DNA of 64,000 nt from Bugula neritina (Eukaryota; Animalia; Bryozoa). The notes beneath the pieces are model-generated. The model was not told the DNA's origin and ran no database searches. It saw only the letters and a list, made by a program, of their open reading frames with translations. Below are positions 27,401 to 41,700 of this stretch, piece after piece. Within the stretch, counting starts at the first letter, position 1. Every line of letters begins with the position of its first letter. The stretch lies in assembly GCA_964035545.1 (NCBI GenBank), contig OZ037770.1, positions 9,182,973 to 9,246,972 of the forward strand, in the 5' to 3' direction. The translations under genes were made by a program, and so were the position numbers.

Positions 27401-29241
27401 GAGAAGATCATCTATATTGATAAGCTCGTTGATTAATTCATCTAGTTTAACCATGTGGTGTGGTGAGTCTAAAACAAAAATGAAAGAAAATGCCTTCAAA
27501 AGCCTGCAAAACAAAAACGTAGTGAGAAGCTGAAAAATCACTCTATGCTGTGATATGCTATTGCTAGAGCATAAACAACATGCAGTTCCCTGTACTTCTT
27601 CCTGTTGAATAAAGCATTCATAAATTGTCTTTGAGCAGCCATTAATAAAAACTAAACCTAACATGGATTACTGCAGTTTCACTAAGTTTCAGCAATAATA
27701 ACTGCAAAATTGAAATAAAATATGGGAAGGTATTTTCTCACACACTTTACAGATAAGGGGAGCTCTAGATCACAAATAGTTCCTTCCAATTAGCATTAAA
27801 CATGATTTATAAAAAAAAGAAATGCAATTTCTATACCACAATCCTTTGTGCTGATATAACATATTATGGGGTTGACATTTGTTTCAATAGGCAACACAAC
27901 GACATTTGCTAAGCTACATAACTATCCTTCCGTTGTACATCATAAATAAGTTATTTCTACAAAAATGTATAACCTTAAAACTTCTTATTCAATTCATGAA
28001 CAACATTACAAGAAAAACCATCAAGAAAACAGAGATGCTTGAAAAAATAAAAAGACGCACGGTTTCTATTCAAAGTAAGCTAACTTCTGATTTACTGAGC
28101 ATGTTCATGAATATTACAAAAGTTTAGCAATTAACTTTCAGCAGAACTTCTTTACCTCCGACACACAAGTTGCTTGAAGAGACACAATTCAAACAGAACA
28201 GCTGAACACAGACTTTACATCCCAGTGAGTAGGGATATGCTGTGTGTTTGGGACAAACTCTTTTCTCCAGTCTCTTGGCTTGTATTCTGTAGTCAGTGAT
28301 GGTCATCTTCTGGTGGTCATCACTAGTTTCCTCATGTAACTGAATTTACCAGAAAGAATATTAATTGAGAAATGTAACTCAACAATGTATAGCGAAAAAG
28401 AAACCAAACTTAAAAAAAATACATAATCTAAACCTGTACAAACTTGATTTTCCTTAACTCTGTGCACACTGGAAATCTCCAGTTTTTAGCTATTTTTCAC
28501 AATTTAGCTGCTAATGAACATGGGTTTTTGCCCAAAATTAGTGAAACATCAAGAAATACACCTAAATAATCAAGGTTCTTCTTAAGTTTGCATGATTTTC
28601 CATGTTTTTTCCTACTTATTCAGCTTATTTAAATTGCAGAGTGTTATGAAAAAACCATAACCCTCCAAAATCAAAAGTAGCTGAATGATCTCTCAATATT
28701 TTCTTACAAATCAACATTCAAATACAACAACATGTAATCAGAGGCTGAGTTAGAGTATGCAGTGTTGAACATCAACTGAAGAAGTATTTAATGAAAGTAT
28801 CACCTCATCATGTTTTCTGCAGAAGAGTTTACGGCACACAGTACAGTATATGACTGCTGGTACTTTTTTCAGTCCCTTTTTAGTGCACACGTCACATGAT
28901 ACGGAGTGGTCTGCTACATCAGCAGATGGAAGATTCTCCACTCTCGCATCAAACACTTCCCTGTGACAAAACACATGTTTGTATAGCAATAAACAGAATG
29001 CAATAAATTAGTATAAGGTCAAAAATATAATCTAAATTCTCTCCTTACCAGCAGTATGTCTCAGCTCTGCTTATACAAAACTAACTTACCTATACCAGGG
29101 ACACCTGATCATGTCATTCACATCAACATTACGAGTAAGACACAGTAAACAGTGTACATGACCACATGGTAGACACTTGGGATTCTCTAAACCTTCTTTT
29201 AGTAAACAGAATCCACACTCAACTTCTTCTGCTGCAGCCAT
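24416..29241 (-). CDS. TRIM-NHL-like E3 ligase, array copy 4, apparently complete
   Basis: Same exon structure; ATG at 29241, propeller exon inside ORF 24671-25492, stop TAA ends at 24416. Confidence 0.9.
25939..26388. mobile_element. MITE with imperfect ~60-bp TIRs
   Basis: AGCGTAGG...CGAGAAAACCCGTT / AACGGGTTTTCTCG...CCTACGCT; absent from the paralogous intron of copy 2 (empty site near 9055). Confidence 0.8.
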
Positions 29242-30701
29242 TTCACTCAACTCTATAATATAAAACAGGAGAACATATTATAAAGTGTATTCAGATCCCA
29301 TGCAGTTCACTGTAATGAGAGAATTTAGTAGTTTATGTTTGTGTCTCTTCTGACTCGTTTAGAATTTGTTTAGTAAGAAGTATCGTATTTTTACATAAAG
29401 GGAACAGCTGTGGTCTAGTTCTTAACGCATAGCCAGTATTTGGCATCTAGCTAGAGGAAACTCAAGGGTATTCAGTCATAACCGCTTTTTGGCACAATTG
29501 AAAGCAACTTCTTAACCAACTTATAAAAAACTCTTTTCATTAGGGGTTTTTACATGAAAGGCAATTATGAACTTAGGTGAGTTTTGTGGTATTTTAGATG
29601 ACTTGCTTTATTTAGTTTCTACATATCTCCTCCACTGAACCAAACTAAAAAAATGGTCACTTACAGCATTAAGTGAAAGTATAATTTCCACTATAAATTT
29701 TGATACTCAAAACTGTAACATAGAAAGTGCATATCCCACTACTTTAAACTAGCAGTAATTAGGAGCTAATGGTGTTGTATCAGGATTTTTAAGTTAGTTA
29801 CAGTTGTCTTCCTTTATTGTTGCGTGTATGAAGATTGCACAACTCTGAAACCAACATGGATATTAGATTTAGTGTGCGTGTGGCCTGTGTGAGTGTTGCA
29901 GATATAAAACCGAGTGTGTAGGAGAGAGATTGGGAAGATTGAGTGACTTGAGTGATTGAATATTGTGGAAAAAAGAGAATAGGTGCATTTGAGTATAATA
30001 GAGTGTGTTAGGGTGTAGCCCAGGATCCTAGACTGTGGAGCACCACCAGATGAATATCCTAACCCAGAGTCCTAACTCTACCCCCTACCGACTGACCGTA
30101 GCTGTGAAATTATCTCGCAAGTCAAGCAACCCGTCTCTGAGCTAACCCAAAGGCTACAAAATATATATTATTAGGTGAGTTTGAAATAACTCTAAACTGC
30201 AGAGCCCCACCATAACAATGGTTTTACTTTATGTAAATGTAGGTGCATAATGTAAGTACTAACAATAGTAGTACTAGTTAGTCAATGCTCCTAAAAACTT
30301 GAGTTTAAGTCTATAAACATATGACAAACGATTGTCTACAGATATGGCATGATAGAATGTCATTAATATTCATATTGATATTGTGATTGTTATCGTGATC
30401 AAATAAACTTCATGTAATTTTAATTATTGTTATCAATAATAATTTTAATTAAAATTATGCACATTGTTATTATGATTAACAGTATCATTACATCAGTAAC
30501 TCAATCTGGCTCTGCTGTAGTATCTAAAATGATTGTGGCAAGCGTTAAAAAATACACCCAAGCGCTTTAACAAATTTAGTTCAACTTCAGGAGAGTTTTA
30601 ATTTTTAGATTCAGTTTCACGAATCACTTTAGTTTTCGTATTATTTTATGAATGACATCCTGACGGTTATAATGCTAATTAGAATTTAGTAAGAAACTAA
30701 C

Positions 30702-31010
30702 CTAAGTTTTTTCCACGTTTCCAATTCAACACACTCCAAGTTTTAACGACTTTCCAAGAAGAATCTGTATTTTGGGCAAGAACTCCAAGTCCAAAGACAG
30801 CTTGCAATCACAGTAGAACTTTCCGGAACAAGACAACGCCTTGTTCGGAAGTGACGTACATCTAGCGCATTATCTCTTTATTAGGGTTACCCCCTCTTGT
30901 TTCGACAAAACACTACGGAACTGGACCAAATACTCACACAGCTGTTGGCTGTCATCACACTGACACGGAGACATTGTTATGTATAGGGTCACGTGACCAA
31001 GCAGACTGGA
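30702..31010 (-). promoter_or_regulatory. Non-coding first exon and promoter of TRIM copy 4
   Basis: Donor AG|GTTAGT near 30701; GAS TTCCAAGAA (30752-30760), TTTCCGGAA (30820-30828), ETS-CRE CGGAAGTGACGT (30846-30857), palindromic E-box GGTCACGTGACC (30987-30998). Confidence 0.65.
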
Positions 31011-31133
31011 GTTCAATGCAGGTAAGGTACAAATAGTTGTGTTCTTTGCTGCAAGCCACCATAAATATAAGAAGATTCATGCATGCTATGCTTCTTAGCC
31101 AGTTTTTCATAACATGTCAGTCCGAGGACCGAC

Positions 31134-31134
<1 letters not shown>

Positions 31135-31210
<76 letters not shown>

Positions 31211-31220
31211 TATATATATA
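31135..31220. repeat. (TA)n/(CA)n microsatellite
   Basis: Direct reading. Confidence 0.95.
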
Positions 31221-32660
31221 TTGAAATAGATATATTATATCTTTCCTACTGAAAGCGCCAATAATTGACATGTCTCATTTATTGTTTGTTTGTTTGATAG
31301 TTAGAAGTAAACAATTTACTCATGTTAGAAGATTTGCGTTACCATATTAAACACACCTGACATCTAATCATGATTAAACTATGAATAAAACATCTTATGC
31401 ATTGTTTAGTACAATAACAATAGATTTTCACTTTTCAATAGTCATAATATACTGGAGCATTGTTCCTATTGGAATATAATTTAGATTTCAAACTAATTAA
31501 TATGAATAATGCAATATATGTTATCTCCAATATCAATTAGTTTACCAATGGTAGTTGATATATTGTTAACATTTCCCTCGTATTTTTCTAACACTAAAAC
31601 TTGGAGATATTTCCGGAATGCCTTGGAGAAAAGACCCAAATTCTACAAATTTAAAAACTTGTGAATTTCATCAGAACAATGGTACTACATTCAAAATGGA
31701 AGAGATTAGTGATAAAATGAAACAAGTAAAGTAATACATAATAGAATAACCTGCCACTTTATTATATTAAAATATGGAACATATTAAATTATAATCACAA
31801 TCTAGAGTTTATGTATTTAAATCCATATATTACGTAATTAGATACAAATTTTTTGAAGGAACCAGAAATGTTCAAAGAGGTAACACCAATTGTGTGCTTA
31901 AGACAGTACACAGAACATGAATATCAAAGAATAAAGAAAATATTACATAAATTGCATATTAGAAAGAACATAGAAATTTTGAAACAATGATTTAGTCATA
32001 TATCAGTATTAAAAGAAAATCGACTCTACAAATCAAGCATTTTCGAAATATCATTAATGGGACAAACAAATTCTGGATACTTTCCTAGTGGAGGTACAGA
32101 GTATTCTCTGCAATCTGTTTACTTGTAATCAATTTAAACAGTTGAAACGGCATCACATGTCATGTAGAAAATTTATAACATATAGTTTTAAAAAAGCTAG
32201 CAGAGATCAGAAACTCGGGATGTTGAAGTCTACAACCTAACTTGAGGATAAATAGAAGTTAAGAAGTAATTATCAGGAAAATTTAGGTTCAACTACACAT
32301 CATTCATTCTACTACAATCTATTCTTACATAATGTACCCTAAATCAAAATTTGCTAGTAAAATTATTAGTGGCTTTTATCTTTTGGACGACTACAACGAA
32401 TATGAAAAAAGAGACACTACAAGAAATATTGTGTGAAAAATAATTACAAAACCCTTTTACCAGGAGAAGCCTAAATTATACTAAAATAGCAAAAATTTAT
32501 AAAATAGCTGAGCCAACTAAAGAATAGGAGCTTTGGCACAGAGCCAACTAGATCACAGTGGCAGTTAAACCACACTGGCAATATGATAACACTGTTAGTT
32601 AACTGGTACTCAAAGCAAACCATTGCTCTATCTCAGCGCTGAAATTGACTAAATGTCTTT

Positions 32661-35600
32661 TCAAAGAAACTTCTTGAGGTACTGAGAGCTGATCCTGGTA
32701 CGGTTCTTCAGCATGTACTCCTTACCACCACAGGCCCTCCACTGACTCTCAAAGTCAGCTGGCAGCACTTCAGCTCCTCGCTTCCTCGTCAGCCCAGTTT
32801 CTGCGAGAGACAGCTCGCACATCTGCAGGTCGTCTACGCCTAGAACACAGGCTAAGAGTAGAGCAAAATCTTGTATAGACTCTGTGCAGAGCTACAGTAT
32901 GATATCTATTTGTGTAGTAAAACATGGCTGTTTATTAACAAGAGGCAAGTGCAGTAGTGGAGAAATTGAGACAAGCCTGTGTTCTAGATTAGAAATGTAG
33001 CAAAAGAAGTTATGTTCTTTTGAGATTTTTAACCAAAATTTATTAAGAAAATTGAAGAACTTGGACTAATAAAACTTTTCCACTGCTGAACCTAAATAAT
33101 CAATAAATACCAGATACAGTGGTATAACATCACCACCTACACATGACACACTGAATGTACACTAAAGTCTGCTAGTATGGTTTCGACATTGTGCTGCTAT
33201 GATTATTAGTAATACCGTATTACAACATTTAACATGTACTATACAGTATTATAACTTGTACTTACAGCCCACACAGAGCTGATTGCAATACGATATTACC
33301 AGCACCTGTAATACAACTGTCTACCCTAATTATATATTACTAAAGTAAGCAGTGTAATGAGAGGGTAATAGTGGACTTCTGAGTAAGGGCGTGAACTTAC
33401 CGGAAAGAAGCAAAACAGGATGTTTATCAGGATGTAGTTCCAGTTGCCTAGCAATCCACTGACCATCGAAATGAGCGTACCACCAGCCTGCATATTAGTT
33501 ATAGAGATCAATGGATGCACACTGAACAGAAGTAACTGTTAACTGTAGACAATAATAAGCTACTTGGATCACAAAATGCATGTCTTACCAAATATTGAAC
33601 AACTGAAATAATTACATTAGTGAAATACAAGCTACTCAGTTGATTCCACGTATTTCTATCAGTATATATTTTATATTTTTGCAAATAAAACTAAAAAAAC
33701 AGTTCTAAATACGAAAAAATATGCCTCCTAGATGAGCCATTGTTGAATCAAACTATACGCAACTCTAGCTGCATTTCATACAACCCAGACTGAGCAACAA
33801 TGAACAATATATCAACTAACAGGAGACTCACCCTTATTCTGGTATCCGCCATCTTGGTTTCTATCAGATGGTCGGATGAAAGGAATACGAAAGAATCTCT
33901 GCTTTGGCTCGTCATCGTCATCCTCTGCGATACCCAAATGCATGGCAGCTTCACCTACACACAGTGCAGTAGAGGGATACTATATAATACCTCATCAGTA
34001 ACAGTGTGTAGAGTAGTGGGGACAATAATATGTACCATAGTAAGCACAAAGTTTTCATCTATGTATAGGGTATGCAATAATAAGTACAAGGTATGCATCA
34101 GTAAGTACAGCGTATATAATAGTAATTAAAATGTATATATCTACGTAAAGGGTATACAATAGCATGTACAAGGTGTATGCAATAGTAAGTACAACGTATT
34201 ACCAGCATGCACAACATCCTGAGGGGCCCTCTGCTCTTCAGTCTCCATCTTGTTTTTATTCTTTGTCTTCCACGCGTGATAAACTTTCAGTCTGCGGTGA
34301 AACTCCTCTTTACACGCATCCAGCAGCTCCATGTCTACAGAGTAACACACAAGACTTACTAACTTCATCTCTTTTTATTTGACCTCAACATGACCACTGA
34401 CATCTAGAGAGACTATGACTATCCACAGGAAGTGCTACTAACGACATCTAAGAGACTATGACTCACCACAGGAAGTACTACCAATGACATCTATAGAGAC
34501 TATAACTCACCACATGAAGTGTTACCAATGACATCTATAAAGACTATGACTCACCGCAGGAAGTGTTACCTATGACATCTAGAGAGACTATAACTCACCA
34601 CATGAAGTGTTACCAATGACATCTATAAAGACTATGACTCACCGCAGGAAGTGCTACCTATGACATCTAGAGAGACTATAACTCACCACATGAAGTGTTA
34701 CCAATGACATCTATAAAGACTATGACTCACCGCAGGAAGTGTTACCTATGACATCTAGAGAGACTATAACTCACCACATGAAGTGTTACCAATGACATCT
34801 ATAAAGACTATGACTCACCGCAGGAAGTGTTACCTATGACATCTAGAGAGACTATAACTCACCACATGAAGTGTTACCAATGACATCTATAAAGACTATG
34901 ACTCACCGCAGGAAGTGTTACCTATGACATCTAGAGAGACTATAACTCACCACATGAAGTGTTACCAATGACATCTATAAAGACTATGACTCACCGCAGG
35001 AAGTGCTACCTATGACATCTAGAGAGACTATAACTCACCACATGAAGTGTTACCAATGACATCTATAAAGACTATGACTCACCGCAGGAAGTGTTACCTA
35101 TGACATCTAGAGAGACTATAACTCACCACATGAAGTGTTACCAATGACATCTATAAAGACTATGACTCACCGCAGGAAGTGCTACCTATGACATCTAGAG
35201 AGACTATAACTCACCACATGAAGTGTTACCAATGACATCTATAAAGACTATGACTCACCGCAGGAAGTGTTACCTATGACATCTAGAGAGACTATAACTC
35301 ACCACATGAAGTGTTACCAATGACATCTAGAAAAACTATGACTCACCGCAGGAAGTGTTGATGGTGTCCCGGAGGTCAGCATATTTCCACGTTGACAGGT
35401 CGTGTTTCTTGAGAGACGGCCGTTTCACAGCTCCACTGGCTCTGCATTACAAAGCACAAAACTGATGACTATATACAATATGTCCGCCTTTGGACGTCAG
35501 ACTACTGAGCAGGCGAACACACTAACCGTGTGGAATCACATGGATCTACTCAGACAGGGATATACACACAAGTAATAATTGAAATCTATGCTCTATGATA

Positions 35601-38600
35601 TTTAAATAAAAGAAATTTCTTTATTACTATTACTACTTATTTATTATTAATTACTAATTAATTGGTATTGTATTTCTATTAATTTTATTTTAATTATTAA
35701 TTTTATCATTAATTGCTAATTAAATAATTATTAATCACTACTTATTTATTATTACTTACTTTACTTATTATTATTAAAACTAAAACATTCTACAACCAAA
35801 TCAACTATCAGCGGAAAGATGATCAACTGAACAGCAACCAGTTTGACTGACACAGCGTATATACATACGGTGTTGGGGCCGGAAGTGAAACATCTTCAAC
35901 TTGATCTTGATCTTCTTGAGCCAGTCGCAGAGCCAGCTCACGATCTCTGCGTTCCTGCTCTATAGCCTGACGACGCCTCTCCGTATCTTCCTGTTCAGCC
36001 GCCAGCTCAGAAGCTAACTTCTCCTAAACACAGCAGAACATTTCAAAGGTAGAGCTCATCCAACTAGTATGGAAAGAACTAACAATATAGTGCTAGGAAG
36101 TAACGGTATGCGCCAGTAACTGGCTATACAATGTAGCATCTGTCATAGTAGTAGAATATCACCAGGTGAACATGATATATTGAGAGATGAGTCACCAGCC
36201 CTCCACTGCTAGCTCGTAATGCATACAGTAGAGGAAAGATATTTATTTCAAGGCTGAAAGTAAGCAGTAATTTGAAGAAGATTGTGGAGTAATTAGCAGA
36301 AAATTAAAGTTTTTATACTGCACATGTGAACATGAGAAAAGTGTACGCTAGCATTTATAGGCACATTGAATATTATAATAGCATATCTAAGTGTGAATCA
36401 AAAGCTGGTACTAAATGTGTATTAAAAATCATTTGATATGAGCAATTCGTGAATCTGACACATAAATTAATGTAATAACAATTTCGCCACCACTACTAGG
36501 GTGGGATTATGGTGGTTTCCCATAATTTTGTTTCTGTTAATATTGAGGTGGCAATCACAATACTATACTATAACTGTAATAGTTACGAGTATTACATTAT
36601 TTTACAGATTTGCAGATTGAATCATATATAGATGATTTACATATATTGGCAATGAGTAGCCCAGAAGTGCTATTACCTTATTCAGCAGCTAAAAGAGAAA
36701 GACCGTAATCTTCAACAACATAAAAAGAATATGCAAGTGTATTTGGTATATTAGATTTTAATTTTGCTGATTACTAAAATTTAGTTATAATTTCATTTGT
36801 AGTCACTTAGTTTTTAAATTACATTGGTATTTCACTATATCTATATTGACCGTCACATGAGACTAGTGATATTACATGCAATATAGATACTTGATGTTCT
36901 AATATAATTAATAGAGATACTTAAATCAATAATATAAAGTAATATAACTCAAGCTATGAGAATGAGAGTTGTCCTCCCATCATTACAAAAACTTACAGCA
37001 GCCTTTCTATCTTCTTCCTCTTGAATTTTTCTTTTCTCTTCCTCAGCCTTTCTCTGAGCTTCCAGTTCCATTCGTCTGCAAGAATTAGGTCACATGTACC
37101 AACTACTATTTACACTGACAAGAACCAGTAACACACATCTCAATAATAACACAGATATCCCCAGTTTCACATTGCCGAATAGACAGATATATCAACAGTA
37201 TCTGCGAATAAATATCTCGATAGTATTTGATTAAAAATATATGCATACATGTTCAAAACGTGCTCATTCACAAAAAATCAACAACTAAACCGTAACAATT
37301 CAAATCATTACATTTGCACCAGAAAACCTCTCTGAAGTTCAAGTGATGTCAATATGAAAAACAAGTTTTTAAGACCTGAAAGGTGTGGCTTGCATTTCTA
37401 GATTAGCCAATAATAACTCACTGAATTCGCCGGAGCTCCTCCTCCTTTCTTGCCTTTTCCTCCGCCTCCTTCTTTAGCCGCTCTCGTTCCATCTCCTCCT
37501 GTATCTTGCGCAATCTCTCTTTTTCCTCGTTCATTCTCTGCTCCTCCACCATCTTGGAAACAGCCTGGATCTGAGAGTTGACCTGAGCCAGCAGCGCGTT
37601 GTACTCACTGTCAATCTGCTCTCTGCTCATTGGCTGAACCTAAACACATGATATTCTAAAAATACTTTAGAGGCAATTTAATGCATGTGGCTGTTGAGAA
37701 TTACAATTAGCTGATAATTTATAGGATTACTACAAAATTAATTTCCAATGTTGATAGGAAATTCATATTATTCCAGATTCATATCAATGATGAATTGCAT
37801 GATCAACCTTAGTCTATACTACAACAAAGTATACTACACACCACACTACACTACACAGCACACTACAATACACAGCACACTACACTACAGAAAACAGAAC
37901 ATAATACAGTACACTACTGAGTACACTACACAGTACAAGAAACACTAGTGACAGAGTCAGCCCCTTTTATATATAGATCCAAGATTTATATAACATGTTA
38001 TAACATGTACATAAACTATTAACGAGTTTCAACCACCCACTCTCTCAGACCATCACAACATAGACTCACATATAACATTCGCCAGTTTAATATTCTCCCA
38101 GGGGTTTCTAACGAAAAAAAACCTTAGCCTTAAAAACTTTCCCACAACCCACCAGGTATGAGACCCACCTTGATTTTCTGTATAGTAGCGTTGATAAGGG
38201 CCGTCAGTTGTTGGCACTTGGCTTTAGCAGAATCCTTGTTCTTCTTCAACTTGTTGATGATGGAGTCCATCTGTACCAGCTCTTTATGCAGCGTCCTCAC
38301 CTTCTGTATGCCTTTGTACCTGGTAATAGATAGTCAACACTTAGCATGGGGTACATGGTAAGCAAAGACAACTCCAATAAACTTGAGTATAATAATCATA
38401 TATGGCTTTGATACTATTACGATTATTACTGTTACTGTCACTATTATTGGGACTGTTATTATGACTATTACTACCATTATTACTTTTACTGTTACTACTA
38501 TCACCACCACTACTACCACTGCCCACCACCACCACTACTACCACCACCACCACTACTACCACTACTACTACCACTACTACTACCACTACTACCACCACTA

Positions 38601-38722
38601 CTACTACCACTATTACTACCACCACTACTACTACCACCACTACTACCACTCCTACTGCTGCTACTACTACTGCTGCTACTGCTACTACTACTGCTGCTGC
38701 TGCTACTACTACTACTACTGCA

Positions 38723-38767
<45 letters not shown>

Positions 38768-41700
38768 GCTACTAATACTACTACTACTACACTACTACTA
38801 TCACCATGACAACCAGCACTCACTTGGGTCGAAGTCTCTTTTTAGTTATCCACATCTTCACAGTTTTCTGTATTTTAATCAGCATTTCTCTTCTCCACTC
38901 AATTTTCTTCCTCACTATAAACAGATGAGTGCAAACAAAGCCTATCAGAAAATGCTGTACTGCTAAAATACTATTGAAATTGAAAATACTGCATTTGAAC
39001 TGATATACACCATCGACTACTGCAACCTTGTGTTTTACAATACGTGTGTATTTATTCTGAATACACATGAAGATGTACAGCAGAGGGCAAAAGAGAGGGA
39101 GTTTGAAAAGTACCAGTTCTATAGAAATAAAAAGTTACACTGTGACAGCTGTAGCATTTATCCCAGTTGAATGTAAAAGCAACTGATCTTAGCTTGAATA
39201 GCAAGTATTGACGTCTGCAGGAAGAGTGCAAGTACTTATTTTGTATGATGGTATAACTAGAAGTAATCGAGTTGCCATAAGGTGGAGGTTACCATCAGCA
39301 CCACCAGCTTACAGTGAAACGTAGCAACGCGAAGTCGACACACTAAGAATTCGACACACTGAAAATTCGACACAATGAAAACTCGATACACTGAAAACTC
39401 GATACAATACATACATTTGATGACAGACCAGGCGCCATACTGAGCCTTCTTAAACCGAGATCTGATGAGCCAGACCTTGACCTTCTCAACCAACTTAGCC
39501 AAGTTCTCCGGGTCAGATTTCATCATCTGATCGAACTCGGCAAATTTGCCGGCTCGGAAAAACACTTTCGTCATCCCGAACTTGAAGTCATGTTCATTCA
39601 GTCCAAGGGCTTTGAAGAGTGCCTAACAATGCACGTGGAGTGTTTGTACAGATCAGACATAGTGGTTCAAATAAATTTGTACCACTTTTCACGTATGAGT
39701 GAGATTAAGGTTCTGTAATTATTGGTAACAATTACACCCACACACACCTTTCAACTGCCTTTGATATGAAAATATAATTGATTATCTTTACATCTTTTGG
39801 TGTGTGGCGGTATGTAGTGCGGTGGTATGTAGTGTGGTGGTATGTAGTGTAGTGGTATGTAGTGTGGTGGTATGTAGTGTACAGTATGTAGTATGTAGTG
39901 TGGTGGTATGTAGTGTGGTGGTATGTAGTGTGGTGGTATGTAGTGTCGTAGTATGTAGTGTGGTGGTATGTAGTGTGGTGGTATGTAGTGTGGTGGTATG
40001 TAGTGTGGTGGTATGTAGTGTGGTGGTATGTAGTGTGGTGGTATGTAGTGTGTAGTATGTAGTGTGGTAGTAAGTAGTGTGGTGGTATGTAGTGTGGTGG
40101 TATGTAGTGTCGTAGTATGTAGTGTAGTGGTATGTAGTGTGGTGGTATGTAGTGTAGTGGTATGTAGTGTGGTGGTATGTAGTGTGGTGGTAAGTAGTGT
40201 GGTGGTATGTAGTGTGGTGGTATGTAGTGTGGTGGTATGTAGTGTGGTGGTATGTAGTGTATAGTATGTAGTGTGGTGGTATGTAGTGTGGTGGTATGTA
40301 GTGTATAGTGTGTAGTGTATAGTATGTAGTGTGGTGGTATGTAGTGTGGTAGTATGTAGTGTGGTGGTATGTAGTGTGGTGGTATGTAGTGTGGTGGTAT
40401 GTAGTGGGGTAGTATGTAGTGTGGTAGTATGTAGTGTGGTACTTAGTATGTAGTGTGTAGTGTGTGACAAGATGGTGCTGACTTGTAACGAATCACATTA
40501 TAGATCTATTAAGTACAACTACTATGAATATAAATGATAACACTGTGAAATCTAGAGTTTAACTGTTTAGCAATAACTATACAAGTATTATATATAGATG
40601 CTGAATATGACAATAATAAGAAAATACATGATTCACACATAGATTTATTAATTATAGTTATCAGGGTTTTTAGTAAGACATGAACTCTAGACTTTACAAC
40701 TACACATTTCCAAAGAGTACAAGAGTGTTATATAGCCTACTGTACCTTACAGAATAACCTGGGATCCAACCGAGCAAGTACGGGGGGAAGGTAGCGCTTA
40801 TACATGTTGTAAAGTTCATTGAATGACGTCCTTGAAGGGAAGCCCTGCTGCATAAGGTCAAGAACATTGTGCATGCCGGCACATTGCAACTGGGAGAGAA
40901 CGTTGGAGCCCTCGAACATGTGATCGGCCATCTTACTGTTGGGTTTGATGCAGCGAATGAAACTCGTTCCCTGAAAGTATGACAAAGCTGCATATCATAA
41001 CAAAAATATTTATAAGAGCCCACAAAATAACATTAATTTACTTTACATTTGAATACAATACCTAATAATATAACCACAAGCACTATTAAAACACAAAGAA
41101 ACACTATAGTTTATAGCAAGGACTAATAACCCATGCATGCTAAAATAAAACATAAAATTGAAGGCAAAAGTTACAATTCTGCTATTGAGTGAACAGTGCT
41201 GAAATAAGGAAAGACAACTTACAAATATGCATATTCATACACAATAAAAATATCATGATATTGAGGGAAGATAACTCGTACGTACCGTTGACTTGAGTTT
41301 CTCTAAAAGCTTTGTCAGCTGAGCTCTGAATTTACTGCCAACGCTGTCAAAATTCAGCTTTCCCGTGGATTTAGCAGAGGATGGGGCGCTGGCAGACTGC
41401 CCCTTACTAAACATGTGCTTCACCAAACCATTTGAACTCTCTGCTACCAGAAACTCCAAATTGTGATGCAACGCATCGTTGTTCTTCTCCAAAAATTGCT
41501 CCTGGATAAAACAAGGGCATCATAGCATCACTGTGAATGAAAAAGAGAGGATAACAGACGTCTGGAATTTATCAGCAGCAAATTTCTTACTTACGGTATT
41601 ATACACGACTCCGCCAGCGAAATGTCTGATCAGAAATCCCTGGTCATCTCTGATTTCTCTGTGTGCCTTCAACTTGGATTTTCTGGGGAGTCCAATACGA

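Noticed and set aside
34395-35358. CRISPR-like regular repeat array
   Set aside because: No unique spacers, no cas genes, eukaryotic intron; the units are contiguous minisatellite copies.
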